Shown here piece by piece: positions 37,708-52,462 of a DNA stretch of 64,000 nt; positions within the stretch are counted from its first letter, which is position 1; every line of letters begins with the position of its first letter. The stretch spans positions 25,668,001 through 25,732,000 of the forward strand of contig OZ249438.1 of NCBI GenBank assembly GCA_965235115.1, read 5' to 3'. The notes beneath the pieces were generated by a model. That model saw nothing but the letters and a program-made list of their open reading frames with translations. It had not been told where the DNA came from and searched no databases. This DNA comes from Laetmonice hystrix (Eukaryota). A program made the position numbers and the translations under genes.

Positions 37708-40700
37708 AACACTTACACTGTACGCTGTTTGTAGTCTGCACAGGCTCCAGATATCAACTATTGATGGTATTTGCGTGTTCAGTTTGTCAGATGGGCGTAG
37801 TCGAGTGGCTCTGCACCTAACGCTTTTAGCGCCTCTTGAGTAGTCCACCAGTGGGTTTGTCCTGATTGGTTGGTATAGAGTCTACTGGGGCCCTGCCAAA
37901 ATGTCCCCGAATCTTTGACCTCAGGCCAGAGAACCGTCCCAAGAGAAACTCATTGATTATGTGGTCAGCGTAGCAAGTGCTCGAGGCGGGCTGATAACTG
38001 GCCGGTGCAGGACTCAGATTGGATTCATGGCCCGACGCCACAGTCAGGGGTCACTGTCCATTACTGCCACATCTATCTCATTGTCGTCTTCAACTGTATC
38101 TTGGCTGCCGGTCCTGGAGGCCTTGAGTGATCAATATAGGGAGCATTGAATGGTCGCTGTGCAACCCATTCTTCATAGGGGTTCACGGGCCCAGCTGGCT
38201 GCTTGAAACGGAAATAACGGGCACTACTATATAAAGAGGACCGGTTGCTCGTTGTCCCGTTTTGGTTGGTCGTAGGGTTGACAGCCGTCTGAATCATCAC
38301 TACCAGCACTAACATTACGTTAACGCCATTTCGACAACTAAAGTATTTTCCATGGTTGACATAAAGAAACATTGCTTGTAAAACAGAGAGAGGGAGGGAA
38401 GGAGAGGGGGGAGAGAGATGGTGGAAGCTTACCATCTAGAAACGTGTTTAGTTTTGCTTTTAGAAAACACATGCCGACTGCGCAATCTCTACTAGACAGT
38501 CGTACATTTAACTTTTCGCAACTTGCAAGGAAAAGGTACCTCCCGTATACATTTTAACTTGATGAATTGGTTGGATGGCACAGATATGATAGACTTCGCA
38601 GTCTTCCAAGTTAGAATTTCTGCACATGGTCTGGTTCCAAAACCTATAGTAATGTTTGCACGGCCAGCTGCCAAGCAACCTGTGTTTGCTTGAACGTTTT
38701 ATACACGTGATCAATGCAAGTGGTGTGAACTGTAAATATGTTGACACTGCATGGTCGAGGAAAGAAACTGCTGTCTGAATGACAAAAGGTAAACTTTCTT
38801 TTCACCTAATGTGATCGCATTTGAGGACAACGTTTGAAAGGCTCGGAGAGTAGAAAAGAATGTCGTAGCATCCAGTAACTGTATGTACAACCCACTGCGT
38901 GACCTCCTGGTGAATAGGTGGTCTGGGTAGGCCTGCATACTGTGTTTTACATAATGATCCAACATGGCCCGCCTATGCACAGAGCACTGTTGTCGGTTTG
39001 GCTTGAAAATCTAAATAATAATTTTGTAGAAACATGATTTCATGGTTCCAGGGGCAGCGTATTTGGACCCAAGGGGTCCAGATCCTCCCCTCCTTTTTAG
39101 AGCCATTTCCCCCCCTTTCTCAGTACAGTTTTCCAGTCTGCACACTTGGACCCATCTATTTTGTCATCTATCCTTTTTCTGACATCATCTTTGTCTGGTG
39201 CCCGCCAGTTGATGCTTATAAAATTTCGGTATTTAAAGGGCTGAAAAAAAAGAAAATTGAATGACCCCCAAAAAGTACGTATGCATGCGGAGATTATGAT
39301 CGAATTAATATAGTTCTGATATTGTTTGTGGTATTTAAAGTTTTAATTGTCTGTGGTATAGAGGGCTCGAACCATTTAAAGTTCTTATTGTTTGGTATAG
39401 AGGGCTCATTTAAAGTTCTTATTATCTGTTGTATAGAGGGCTCGGACGATTCATTTAACACTCGCGTTCTTAGAAATGAAGTTATATAGCTCGCAATAAG
39501 TACACGTAGTTGGCTAGAGAAGAGTCCTTTGATGTTATCGGTGTTTTACGAATGCATTTACCCATGATAAGTAAAGCTGCAAATTAAAGACGATCCAATA
39601 AATTTGTCTGTGTAGCCTGTACTGCGTTATAAAAGATTCATATTGATTTAAAGATTGTAAGACCTGTGCGTGTCGTATTTGGCGACGTTCCGTAAAGCCG
39701 GTACTCGCCGAGAACAAAAAGCCACTGTCCCTGGGGCACGGTGACCAGGTGACTGGACGGCAACCTCCTCCAGGCTGTTCGCCAGGAGGAGGCTGTCTGT
39801 CTGTCCAGGCGCTGTTTATCGATGGAGGTTGTGGCTCTTGGAGCCATCTTCATTACAAACAGAGGAATCAACCTGTATGGAGCGAAGGTTAAAATACTTT
39901 TATTGAATGAGGACTCGGATATAGGCTGGTTGAAAGGCAGGAGTATTCTATTACGTTCGAGATCAGGTTTTTTCTGCTATATGGCGTACACACTGGTCTG
40001 TGGAACGGTGAATGAGTCAGTGAAAAGGTAAATTTTAGGGGGTGGGGGTGCACACTGTCAGCAGTATTTCAGGCATATTTCGGGCGAGAAAAAAAAATTC
40101 CAACTTGTTGAATCATGAGACCTATTGTATACCCCGAGTTCCAGTGGGGTTATTATGAGGATGAGGTGAGGAAGAAACCCGCCATCAGAAAGCAATCCTC
40201 GACTCTTTAAGAAAAACATGGAAATTGTTCTGGTAATTGCCCATACAGTTACACAAACATGGTGGGGTATACCAAAGTCTTTGATGGACTAGTAGCAGAG
40301 CACGGCTCATGGTCATGTTCCATGTTACTTTGTATGTTACACCTTTCAAACGCAATCAATGCGGTGATCATAGCTCAATAAGGAATAACCTATGGGTCGC
40401 CCTTGGCAGTATTAGTACTTGATATATGATTGGATACGAGGGAGAGGTAACGGAGGCTGACTGTTAGTAATCATGTTGTCAAGGCGACAGTAGACACGGT
40501 TTACTCCACGCACGGAGGCGTCGGCCTTGCTGTAGTGGGCATACACTACTGACCAACCGGTGAAACTGTTCAGAAAGATTTATTATAGTTGTCTATAGGA
40601 AAGGGGAAGTCAGTGACTGGTACTATTGACATGCCCTCATGCGATGGTGTTAGCAGGTGTAAACTGCATGAGGGAATGACTAAGGAAAAGGTGAAAGTTC

Positions 40701-43700
40701 TATACCCGAAAATATAATCTGATAAAATTGTAAGGAAAATGGGCCTAATTTCATCGCTGCCGTCAATTTCAGAAATAACTCCGTCATATTGGTAGTTATA
40801 AAATGATGCACGACCCCAGTCTTTGCACTTCCCAACCAGTGGTAATCATTTGATACGTCCTTGACGATAGGATTAATAAAGGCATTGCATCAGCTGTGTA
40901 TTTCAGGATGACTGACTCTCCCATTCACTTCAGAAACAGGAGCATGGCCTTGCTGCCAAAAAGTATATTTTCTCATCGGCTAATGTTCATGAAATGAAAA
41001 TTAATTTCCGTGTCAACATCTTTTATCGTATTCTACGGAAAACAATTTTTTTTTGCCGTTACATATCAGTTAGGACACCCTGTATAACATAAGCCAGGCA
41101 GAATTCAGCGGAATATTATCACAAGATCATGAGTAAATTATTTGGAGCTTGAGGCGGGTATTGAGAGCATTGTTGCTCTGACATTTTTTTATATTTCATC
41201 CAGGATAGCATCTTGGGCAGCACAGTATGGCTTTATGTCTCGTCTCCCAGTAATATTTTATTTCTCAGTGATGAATACGAAAGCAAGGAATTCCATATTC
41301 TTGCATTAAACAAGAATGACGCCGAACTACGTAACAGGTGAAAGTCTCTGCGAACTTGTAAAGCTGATCAGTTCCAAATAAGACCCCCCTTCCTTTTCTC
41401 AACTGCTACTGTCTAATCTTTGAGTAAGCCTACACCTCAGTGGAGCGGGCTGGGGGAAAGGATATGGTTATGAATATGCCGCCAGTTTGTTGACCTTATC
41501 CCGTCGGACCTATAATCCTTGCAGTGTTTGGAATACATGTCACTCAAAAGGGAGGGAGCAATGGATCCAGGGGTATATTGTAAACAGCATACAAATGTTT
41601 TCGTGCAAAGGGAAGACGGATGGGGGGCAGTTATTTTAGATACGCCCCCTCTTTTTATACATAGGTGGTGCGATAATGAATAAAAAAAACGATGGCAAAT
41701 GACGCACGTATATATATACAGTCTGTGATCAATATTGCTGACCTTTTATTTGTTTGTTGGAACCAGCCTGTTTTAGCGGTGACATGCACTGACTGGTGCG
41801 CCACCTAGCAGGTAATTGATTAAGCTTCCCACCAGGTGGGGTTGTTGCAAAAGTACAAGTCGCAAACGGGCTTGGCTGTGCATAGTAGATCGGGGGAAGG
41901 CCTCTGAATACTTCAACGAGCTGACACAGAAATTAATTTCGCATGTTATAGGCCTATGCCAGGCCACAGTTCGACTAAATGACATTTTACTATACGTGGA
42001 AAAAGGTTTATGTATGTTAGGTGGGCAGCTATCCTGCACTGCCTTACTTCTAAGATCTGCTCATTCTGTGTCACCCGACTCTCTTGCTTCGCGACCGACA
42101 TGACCGCTGAGGGTCGTGATGATCAGGGCAGATCTCGGTGCACCGAAACGAGGGCCTGGGACGCCACCTAGTGCTACCTATGGTAGACTTAATACTTATA
42201 CAGTGCGGTCTGGGAGGTTTTTTTTTTATATGTGTGGGCCTGGCGCGAAATCTTTTATAAGAGGCAGCGATACGTTCAGTATCCCGAGTCGTTCGGTGGC
42301 ACAGTAAGAGGGAGTAAGTCGTCAGTTTTTTACACCCTCGAGGCATCAAGTGGTCAACTTCAGATGGACAAGATTCAGAGGTCATTCGGGCAAGAATGTC
42401 AAGATTACCCCGGTAAAAACAAATTCCTGTTGTGTACCACATTTATTCTTTTTCTATATTAAATTCTCCTGCTGAAGTAGGGTTTGCTGCAGGCCTGTTT
42501 TTGGGGAGAGCAATTTTTTTCTGGCTTTATTTATTTCAAAATATCTACCCCAACGTCCGCCCCCCTAGTGAATCCTCCAGGAAATAGGGCTCATCATAGC
42601 TCGACTCCCCAACCATGTGGTTTCAAAGCGACCCCTTCCAGATGATGGGACCATCAGCTCAAGGTACCAACGTTCGGCACGTTTCATGGTGACGTTTGAG
42701 TATTGAACGGATAAGAGATCTATGAGCATGTGTCAGAAAACGTGAGGATCATCTCAACTGTGACATGTAGGGGAGGTGAGCTGTGTAAAGGGGAGACCGT
42801 TTAAGGTGGATTGTAGGTATGTGGAGCAGCCTCTCATGGCAAACATGGTTACATGTTTATACTTATTTATACACCTCGGTCGGCTAGAGGTCAAGGCTCG
42901 GACATTGTGATGGCGGAAGGTCACTTGAGGTTAGGATCGCCCGAAAGAAGAATGCAGGATGACATTTGGCTAGTGGTAGTGGTGACAAGGGCAAGAGGTT
43001 AATTTTAGCCAAGTTGAATTGATCGACAATTCAATGGACCCGGTGAAGTGTAGGCTACATTGACATGTATATTGACATGTAGGATTGTTCAACCGTGTGT
43101 GCCTATACTTCTGGATGCGCACATTTTGCCTATTTGGGGAAGGGTGACTAAAGAACCATGTAAACCCTCCCGTCTACATCATTCACCCGTACACGTCAAA
43201 GATATTGTATATGAATTTATTAAACTAATAAAAGGTAGCTTTATTTCAATGACTTGATCATTATCTTCTACGTAATATCTGTTCTAAGACTTTAGTGTTG
43301 AATCAGGGTTGGTACTCGCGTATTTTCTGTGGCGATGTTGGCAGGTCATCGGGATGTGGCACTGACTCGAAACGATCCCTGCATATGAGACACATCCTTG
43401 CAGGAAGCGAATCCTCGACTTACTACAAATTGAATATCTTTAGTAGCTCTGACCTGGTGAAAACTCGTGTGTCCAGTCATCTGTGAACGTTATCAGTGCA
43501 GGCGACAGATCTGGAATGGTGGCAGCACAACAACATGTTTGTCATTTCTGGATGAATAAATCGCTGGCATACTGGCCTACTACGTTTGTAGGCCTATTTT
43601 ACGCGATGCGCTGTCTCATTTAGGCTATAGACGCATGTCTTGGGTTCGTGTTGGTCTAAAGTGAGTCATGGTGAGACACGCTGGCAGAGCCTACATGATG

Positions 43701-43739
43701 ACATATTGTAGGCTTGACCTTGGATGGGATGGTGTTTAA

Positions 43740-43973
43740 GGCCCAGATACACAGACCGATTTTACGGCCGATTTTGAGATAAGTAAGTCGCCCGATAAAA
43801 GTCTGACATTTTTATTATGAAATTGTCAGACGCTTGGCGACGCCGATTTTCTTTGCCGACACCGAAATCGGGTCGCCGGGTGTCTCACACTGACCGATTT
43901 CCCTCCAGAATCAGCCGATTTTTAGATTTTATCGACTCGTAAGTCGGCCGATAAAATCGGACAATGTGAGGCC
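43740..43973. mobile_element. Degenerate MITE with imperfect TIRs and repeated CCGATTT motifs
   Basis: GGCCC..ACAC..ACCGATTTTACGGCCGA at the left; TCGGCCGATAAAATCGGACAATGTGAGGCC at the right. Confidence 0.55.
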
Positions 43974-46900
43974 GGTCGCTTGCTCACTTTACTATTTTCA
44001 GCTCAGAGATTTCCACCCTGTGGGGCGTCTTAAAAGAAACGGCCATCGCCAGTCTGTACAGGCCAGGCACACAGGCCGTGATATTCTAAGCAAGTTAAAA
44101 AATATTTGAACACAATTGGTGCTCAAATAGTTAAGATATAAGCACTTTAGTGCCGGAGGCTTCTTAGAACCTGCTCAGCTGGTGAAGGCCGCCATTAGCG
44201 TCTGCTCCTTAGGCTAATCTCAAACTGTGCATGATCGCCCTAGGCGAGCATGCGCAGCACGACTGCTCTCCAGTTTGGGAGGAACTAAAAACTGACGCAC
44301 CTGTTGCGTTGATCGATTCGGAAGGCAGCGAAAGTTTACAGCTTATAAGCAAAATTTGTTAGAATTAAAACCATCGATAGTGATGAGGAATGGCTAGGAA
44401 TTAAGCCTACCGATGTCAGGGGATATATCAGGGTGGACACGGATCTGGGCAGCCGTGGGTTTCGGCCGCCTGCATTCAATTCGTCCCACTCGAACTTGTG
44501 TGATGTTGACGGAGCTCATGGCCCCTGAGGCCCGGCCCCACTCTGACTACGACCGCGGGCAATGGCAGTGTCAGCATGGTCAGCACAGACCTGCTGCGTT
44601 TAGGCTGTGACTGTGACTGTGGGACTGACCCCCGTCGATTTGCCACCCGCCTCGGCTGCCTTTAGCCTAGTATAGCCTAGCCCCGGCATGCAAAAGATTA
44701 TAGCCCTGGAACGTCACTTCCGGCCAGCCCAATAGCAACAAATGGCTGCGCTGCTGAAGCCAGTGATTTTGACACGGTTGTCAAGTTCAACATATGACTT
44801 TTTGGAATAGGGGGACATTTATTTCCAACCACTACTCTGAAAGGTGGGTAAATGTAGAGGCCTTGCAGCTGTCCAAATGTGATTTTTGACTGGACTTCTC
44901 CTTTAACTTTGCTAATACTTTATACAAACTGTCGTTTATAGCCTCCCGAGTCGGAGAAACGTTTAGTAAAGGTTGACATAGCACTGCATGGTGTTTACAT
45001 TTGTGATCTTTGTTTCAGTAATCCAGCCAGGTCAAGGCCGGGGCTCAGGTCGTAGAGCTTAGGGGCGGACCATTTCATATACTGTTTAATTCTTTTTCGA
45101 AACCAAAAGGGAAAACTATTTTAAAACATAGCCGCCTCCCTTGGTATCCATGATACGCCCGGTAAACAGTTAATAACGGAGCTATAATACCATTCACACG
45201 TACACGAATATTAGACGTTATATTTCAACCTCTCCCCTGGTCGAAAAAATAACAGTACCAAAAACAAAATCTGAGGCGGACTGTTTTACGTAATAAGGAA
45301 GTTTATTATATAAACTCGGAGAGGTCTGGCGTGAATGAGCCAAGTTTTGTCCTGTGGGATTGATATTAGAAGTGGAGATTTGACTGTTGTGTTTGACTAA
45401 TGACTGACTGATCAGTTCAAGGACGGCTTATACTGTGATAGAAGCTCACACCGACCAGCAGGTGGCCGTCTCGGTACATGCTGCCCATCCGCTGCGAGAA
45501 CTTAAAGACAATGACGAAAAACTGATCGAATGCCTCACCAAACGGAGGGAAGCTACATCGCGGCTGGAGGGGTATTCAACCGAGTGTATAGACGTATAAC
45601 CAGTGTGACCAATCCGGTGTATGGGTTTTTTACCTTCCGCCAAACGGGACCCATGCCCGAAAATGTAGAAAGCTGAGCGTGGGGAAGTTTTGACAGAGGC
45701 ATTTCTGCAACAGAACGCTTGGAAAGTAGTTATTCCTGCAGAGACCAGGAGTCTGAAGTGTTTGTTCGTCCGTACGTCCGCCCGACCGAGCCTTGATGGG
45801 AGGACGTCTCAGCGGTTGTTTCCGTGGATGGATGATACATCTGGCCAGGATCCTCTTCCATAAATCTTCTCTTCGGCTACCTGTATGTAAAAACAAATAT
45901 ACACAAAGTTGTTGCAGACATGCACCCTAAAGATTTGGCATATAGGAGAAGTGCTTACTTAGGGTACTGCAGAAATCTCATCTTCCCTATAACATAGTAA
46001 CCCTGCTAATAGTACATTTAATCCTTTGAGCTGTAAAGTTGAGACCTTTGCACAATTTTGACATGACGACTTTGACATGAAGGAACGGCTTTAGGTTAAC
46101 TAGGGCCAACTCGTTAAAAACATATTAACAAATAGCTATACAAACTGGCGATATCATTTATGACGTAGGGCTTACTAAGGCTGGGCCCTGATATTTGCTG
46201 TACTGATATAGTCCCAAACTTTATAATACCAGCAGTAAATGCTTTAAACACTTAGATCATTGTTTACATATTGATTACCTATCTTTCGAGGTCATTGTAC
46301 AGTTGCAGCTTGTACTTTGGTCAATGAGCAAGTTGTAATTCATATAATCTGAGCACATTATAATTAATCAAAGGCTAGACAAGATAGCCTGCCTTCTCTG
46401 GATCCCTTTGTTCTAAAGATAAAGATGCGGGCATGTTTCACCACACAGTGAGTAATTGATCAATCTTACTATCGGCATGTGTAGATGTTGATGAATACTG
46501 TCAAAAGAAGTTTGTCAATAAATTTACATTTCTCCAATGACCTTTTTTGTCAATATTCCAACTCACTACAGGTGTGCCGCACGGCACTCCCGTACCATGA
46601 AATCGTGCGGGTCAATCGAATCCTTGTCATCCCCTCGCCCCGTATGTGTGTGTTTGGTGGTGGTGGTGATGGTGGTGGTGGTGGTGGGGGGGGGGGACTA
46701 TGAACTCCTAGTTGTCAAGGTACCATGAAATCTTTGAACCTTGTGGATATTCTTCGTTATTAAATTGTTATCTTGTCGACGCCATAGCAAGTGTATGTCG
46801 GCCTTGTCGAAGTTTGCACGTACGCGATTGATCCAAACCAAAGAAGTGCGGTGAACATCAGAGACACGAATAGTATTGGTGACAAGACCCTCCCCCTGAA

Positions 46901-49900
46901 CAAGAAACCCCCTCTTCCAACTTTCTTCTACCATTGAGTCATAGAGTGGGGATATGATACTGTGTTTGGTGGGGGGTCATCTGGGGTGGGTTTTTTTCAA
47001 AGATTATCGGGTCAATATAGTCACCATGTTGTCGTTGATTTTGAGGGGTTAGTCATCAAAAGGGTGGAGTGAGTGGTCGCGCCACCGCATTGCTTAAGTG
47101 ACAGCAAGGTTTGCATGTAACAAACATGAAAGCAGGAATATGAAGAGCTGACTGGGTCAGTCCTTGAATGATTATTAACCATTAATCAGCAGGACATTAC
47201 TGTTTGTCTGTACAGGATCCCGTAATGTCGCGTAATCTCAGGGTTCTATTTGGAATGTAGATTTAGACCGAGTTTGTTTTCTGTCCATCTAGAACTCTTG
47301 TAATGGAAACTGCTCCATATTATTAGTCCCAGTCACAGGTCGATCCTCAGGCAAGCGAAAACGGATCGTTCTATTCTAGGGCCTATATTACATGTTGATA
47401 CGGAAAACTATTTATACGTCTACGGTACTGGACCGGTAGTACCGGTCTGTGTACGGGGACCTTTATATATTTTTTATATTATATACATGTATTATATTAG
47501 CCATATTTTACCAGGATTGAAAGTATCCTATTTAACAAGAAGTGTTTTCTCACAGGCTTACACTGCGTATCTGTCCACCAGTTGATGGATGCGTCTTGGA
47601 AGTTAAAAGATGACCTCTATAGTTTAAATGCTCTATTTCAATAACGTTGTCTGGTTAAAGGTATGGGCAAGGATTGTGGGCGCTGGCGGGCGGGCGGGTC
47701 CTTGATGATACACTAGTATGTTGCGGACCACCCATCTTGGGATGGGTGGCCAAGGTGACTGGCACCGGGACAATTGCACAAGTGGATGTGGTGTTTTGGA
47801 TCAAAGGTGGATAGAGCATTACATAACAGGGGAACATTGTGGGTGTAAAAAGAGACTTGAGGAAAGTCGGCAGTAGGGATGTACGTCCCCCGCCCACGGC
47901 CAAGGTATCTATTTATAAGGAGACCGTTCATGATTGTCGATGGAAAGAGTTCTTTTTGTTAGAGACTGGCTGTGGACCAGACGTTCAGTAGACCTTGGTG
48001 CAACACAGCGGAACATGACAGATATAAGTCGTCCCTTTTTAGAGACAATCAACTTCACCAGACACTGAACGGTATAGCTATAGGTCCGATATCTATTTGG
48101 ACCACACGGCCCTGTGTTTAAGAGGTGACAAAACAAAGAGTACTTGGACTGTCCAGCATGCCTCTACTGCTAAAACAACATCTGATTACAGATATAACTA
48201 ACTGCCTGTTAACGGACAGCTGCCAGCAGATTAAGTTCACAATTTCAAACGACCGTCAGTATGGTTTCTACGGAATGTCTCTGACCCAAATACTGTCTGT
48301 ATGATAACCCCATAGGAAAATAACAGGAAGTAAATTGTGATGCTGTCCTGGTTTCAATTTCCCCTGACGCTTTGATCCAGCTTGATCCATTGGATGATTT
48401 TAGCAACCTAGATCACCGCGACCCCATGTCCCGCCTCATACACCAGGTAATATAACGAGTTCGTTACAGCCTTGACATTCCGTTTTAAGACGTGTTGGAC
48501 GGGCTGGTATTTCAGCTATGTTCCATCGTAACAGAGGAATGCATCACCTTCCACGTGCAGTTTTGTGTCTAATCAGTATAGCTATTATAAGGTGCCTTTC
48601 TGAAAACGATTGTAAACATGCCTAAATACCTTGTAGTTTAGAGGCACAACTCCGAGTGATAACAGAATGTTTTGTCAGTTTTGTCAGTCGTTTTGCAGTA
48701 CTATACTAAGTTTTGACGTTGCTGGTGCAGAAATCGTCCGGATTATATAGAAAAAAGCCTCCACTAGTCACAATGGGTTTTGTTTCTCCATCCCTGGACT
48801 ATATGTCAGTGTCAGGGAGGTAATGAGTGGAACAAACGTCATGTCCAGGACATAGTCGAAGTGGTTCTGTATGGTCCTCGATTCCGCCATTGGCGTTTAT
48901 TTGAGCATACATGTATGCCTCTTAAATATTTCTCAGTATGTGCAGGGTTTCATACAGGGGGGGGGGGGTACGGGGGTATAAATCCCCTAATTAGCTTGGT
49001 CAAAGGGGGGGGGATATCCCCTCCCCATCAACCCGCAGAGCAACTTATTTTAAATAGCAATTTAGCTCTAAACTGGATATTTTCATGAGAGAAAGTGGTT
49101 AGTTTACAGGATAGCTAATTCAACAGCTATTTATCCACCCTAAATGTGGAGTTCTATTTTTGAAATGAAAAGTACTCTTGTTTTTGTCGAAAGTATTACA
49201 CAATTTGGGGGTTCGAGTTGAACTAATGGAAGCGCAACTAATACTTTGGCCCCCTCTGGTTGTAGGGGAAGATTTGTCGGATCACGACCCCGTCCGAATT
49301 GAGGACTGTTTTAGCGCGTGACAGGCGGCTTTCAGTTGCAAGGTGGGCAGACACGGACCGCGCCCGCTCTGGCTGTGTGTGTATATAACGGACCAACAGA
49401 CGTCACCTGGATCAGTGCCCGAGTTGAGCGAACACATGGCCACCGTCACGGGTTGGGTCCTTGACGGGTCGTGAGATGGCTCATTCCGAGGTGGCACCCA
49501 CAGGTGACGTGCACCCGTTTTAGTCACGGCCATGCGACCAGTTTAAGGTGTAGACGTCACGGAGCGGGAATATTGACGTGTAATATAGCTAGAGACATAA
49601 ACACTGACACCATTGATGGGATATACGAAGTGTGTGTTATTGTACGACCACCGTGTTCGTATCTCACGGATAGTTGAAGAACTTGCAAACCGTGCACCTG
49701 GAGAATTCGGCGCCCGCCTGGCCGACATGGGGCAGTCAAACAAGGTAAGGGGTCGGCCACCCGCACAACCCTTTTTTAGATCGGGCAGGGTAATTACCCC
49801 TGCTTGCCCGATCTTTCGAAATGCGTTACACTTGCAGGATAAACTTAGGTACACTGAGTGGTTGCTGTGGATTCAGGCACACCCTGGATTATTGCAGGGT

Positions 49901-51725
49901 CGTGGTATTGAGATCCTGAACACTTGGTCTTATTGTATGCACAGCTTTCGACCTAATCCTTATCGCTATAGCCATGATGGAGTGGGGGAGACGGAGTGGT
50001 CAACTTGTAAGGACTTTCACAAATAACTGTGAGGGTTGAGGTTACGGTCATTGCAATGTCCGAACCAAAGTGCTGGTTGGTGGGCTGAAGTGTCTGATTG
50101 ATATCGACACGTGAGTGATATTCTCCCAGTACCAGTGTCGGGTCAGAAACTCGCTGCCCGGTTACAATACAGTGGTCATGTATGTACATCTGCAAGAGAA
50201 CTGCAAGCCTTGTTTTGGCAAATCGTCATACAAAATGTTTATTTCAAGAGCAGGTAAAAGTCAAGAATCCAGAATGCTAGAAAAAGAAACGAAGTCAGAT
50301 TGCTTCTTGCGTCATTGCTTGAAAACCATTTTGGTAGATGAAAGCAGTGTTGGAGAGAGTGGTGATAGGTTTGGGCTGGAGTACGTCACGGACCATCAAC
50401 ACGCCCAGAAAGTACCGCGTCCACATTCAGATTGACAATGTGTTGGCAGCAGGAAGCCAGGGGAGACATTCAAAGCTATAAGTTGTAAATGTTACGCCCA
50501 TGGGCGTCGTCAGAGGGGCCTTGAAAAGCTGGCGCGGTAGCAGGATTCTGAGCCCATGTAACAGACGTGGGTGTGCGCTCAGCTCATCCAGAAACTTGTC
50601 GCCAGAACTGTTGCCTTTACTGTCCTCGTTACATCCTGCGAGGCCGAAGAGAAACGAGTCTTCTTTTTATAAGTCATAAATCATTATTACTAAATTGGTC
50701 TTATTTAAGTCATTATTTAATAAATTCACGGATGTATGCATCTAATATTCGGTAATCTCCATTATTTCTTCTAGAGAATTTGTTCACGCCTAATTAAAGA
50801 GGAAACAAAAGCAGCGCTTTAACTATGACCTGTCTGGGTGATACAATCACTAAATGTGTGTTTTAATTGGGCGTTACGAAATAACCTCCCGTCCCTGTCA
50901 TTTAGTCGTAAAATTTGAACTCTGGTCCCGGCCGTTTTGAAAGGTATGGGGGAGATGGGGGTACCATCCAATGAGAAGGTCATGTCCTGAGAATCTTTAA
51001 TTGGCCACTGACTAGATGCAGTCATGCCCGAGGCCTGCCCTCCAGCCGCGGGGTTCCAACCCGTGTCGTATTTAGGCCAACAATTTGGCCTCCGGCCCCT
51101 CCCAATCCGTGGCCCGTTGAGTGACAGCCAGCTGGCTGGTCGCCGCCACAGGTATACATAGCTAGGTTACCGACCACGTACAGAGGGGAGACAACCATAT
51201 CTGACCTAAGGTGGCAACATCAACGCCGCTACCCCGACATGACGGCAGGATATCAAACAGGGGGCGGCAGACACCATTCTGATTGGGGTTTCTTTTTCGG
51301 TTTAATTGTCTTGTTGTTTGTCATGCCAAGAGGGGGAGACAATGGCTGAGCTGTTTAGACAAGCGATATAACTTATAGCTTATGACCAGTTTTCCATATA
51401 TATATATACAGATAAGTGGATAAGGAGCAAGGTAGGAAATCTGGCCTATAGAATATCTAAGTTGGTTCGACTTATTGAAACCTCGCGTATTTGCCTTTAA
51501 TAACCAATGAAAAATAAAAACCGTATATATAAGTGATAAGGTGGCATGGCCTTGCAAGGACCTTTGTTCCCAGGGCTACTTTTGGAGTGAATTTACGTGT
51601 TTTGAAATCTGGCTTTGTCACGAAAGTTGACGTGTTGAGGAAATGGAAAGGCCATTGATTTCCGTTTTATTGCTGGCCTGGCAAGATCTCCTGGCCTGCC
51701 ACAATTACTGACAGCTTCCAAGCTG

Positions 51726-52462
51726 AACCGGAGTAATGGTGAGTGGCCTAGCTACCACTGACATCAACAGTTATAACCGGAGTAATGGTGAGTGGCCTAG
51801 CTACCACTGACATCAACAGTTATAACCGAAGTAATGGTGAGTGGCCTAGCTACCACTGACATCAACAGTTATAACCGGAGTAATGGTGAGTGGCCTAGCT
51901 ACCACTGACATCAACAGTTATAACCGGAGTAATGGTGAGTGGCCTAGCTACCACTGACATCAACAGTTATAACCGGAGTAATGGTGAGTGGCCTAGCTAC
52001 CACTGACATCAACAGTTATAACCGGAGTAATGTTGAGTGGCCTAGCTACCACTGACATCAACAGTTATAACCGGAGTAATGGTGAGTGGTCTAGCTACCA
52101 CTGACATCAACAGTTATAACCGGAGTAATGGTGAGTGGCCTAGCTACCACTGACATCAACAGTTATAACCGAAGTAATGGTGAGTGGCCTTAAGCTACCA
52201 CTGACATCAACAGTTATAACCGAAGTAATGGTGAGTGGCCTAGCTACCACTGACATCAACAGTTATAACCGGAGTAATGGTGAGTGGCCTAGCTACCACT
52301 GACATCAACAGTTATAACCGGAGTAATGGTGAGTGGCCTAGCTACCACTGACATCAACAGTTATAACCGGAGTAATGGTGAGTGGCCTAGCTACCACTGA
52401 CATCAACAGTTATAACCGGAGTAATGGTGAGTGGCCTAGCTACCACTGACATCAACAGTTAT
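51726..52462. repeat. Tandem array, 49-bp unit, 15 copies
   Basis: Unit AACCGGAGTAATGGTGAGTGGCCTAGCTACCACTGACATCAACAGTTAT, nearly invariant. Confidence 0.98.
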
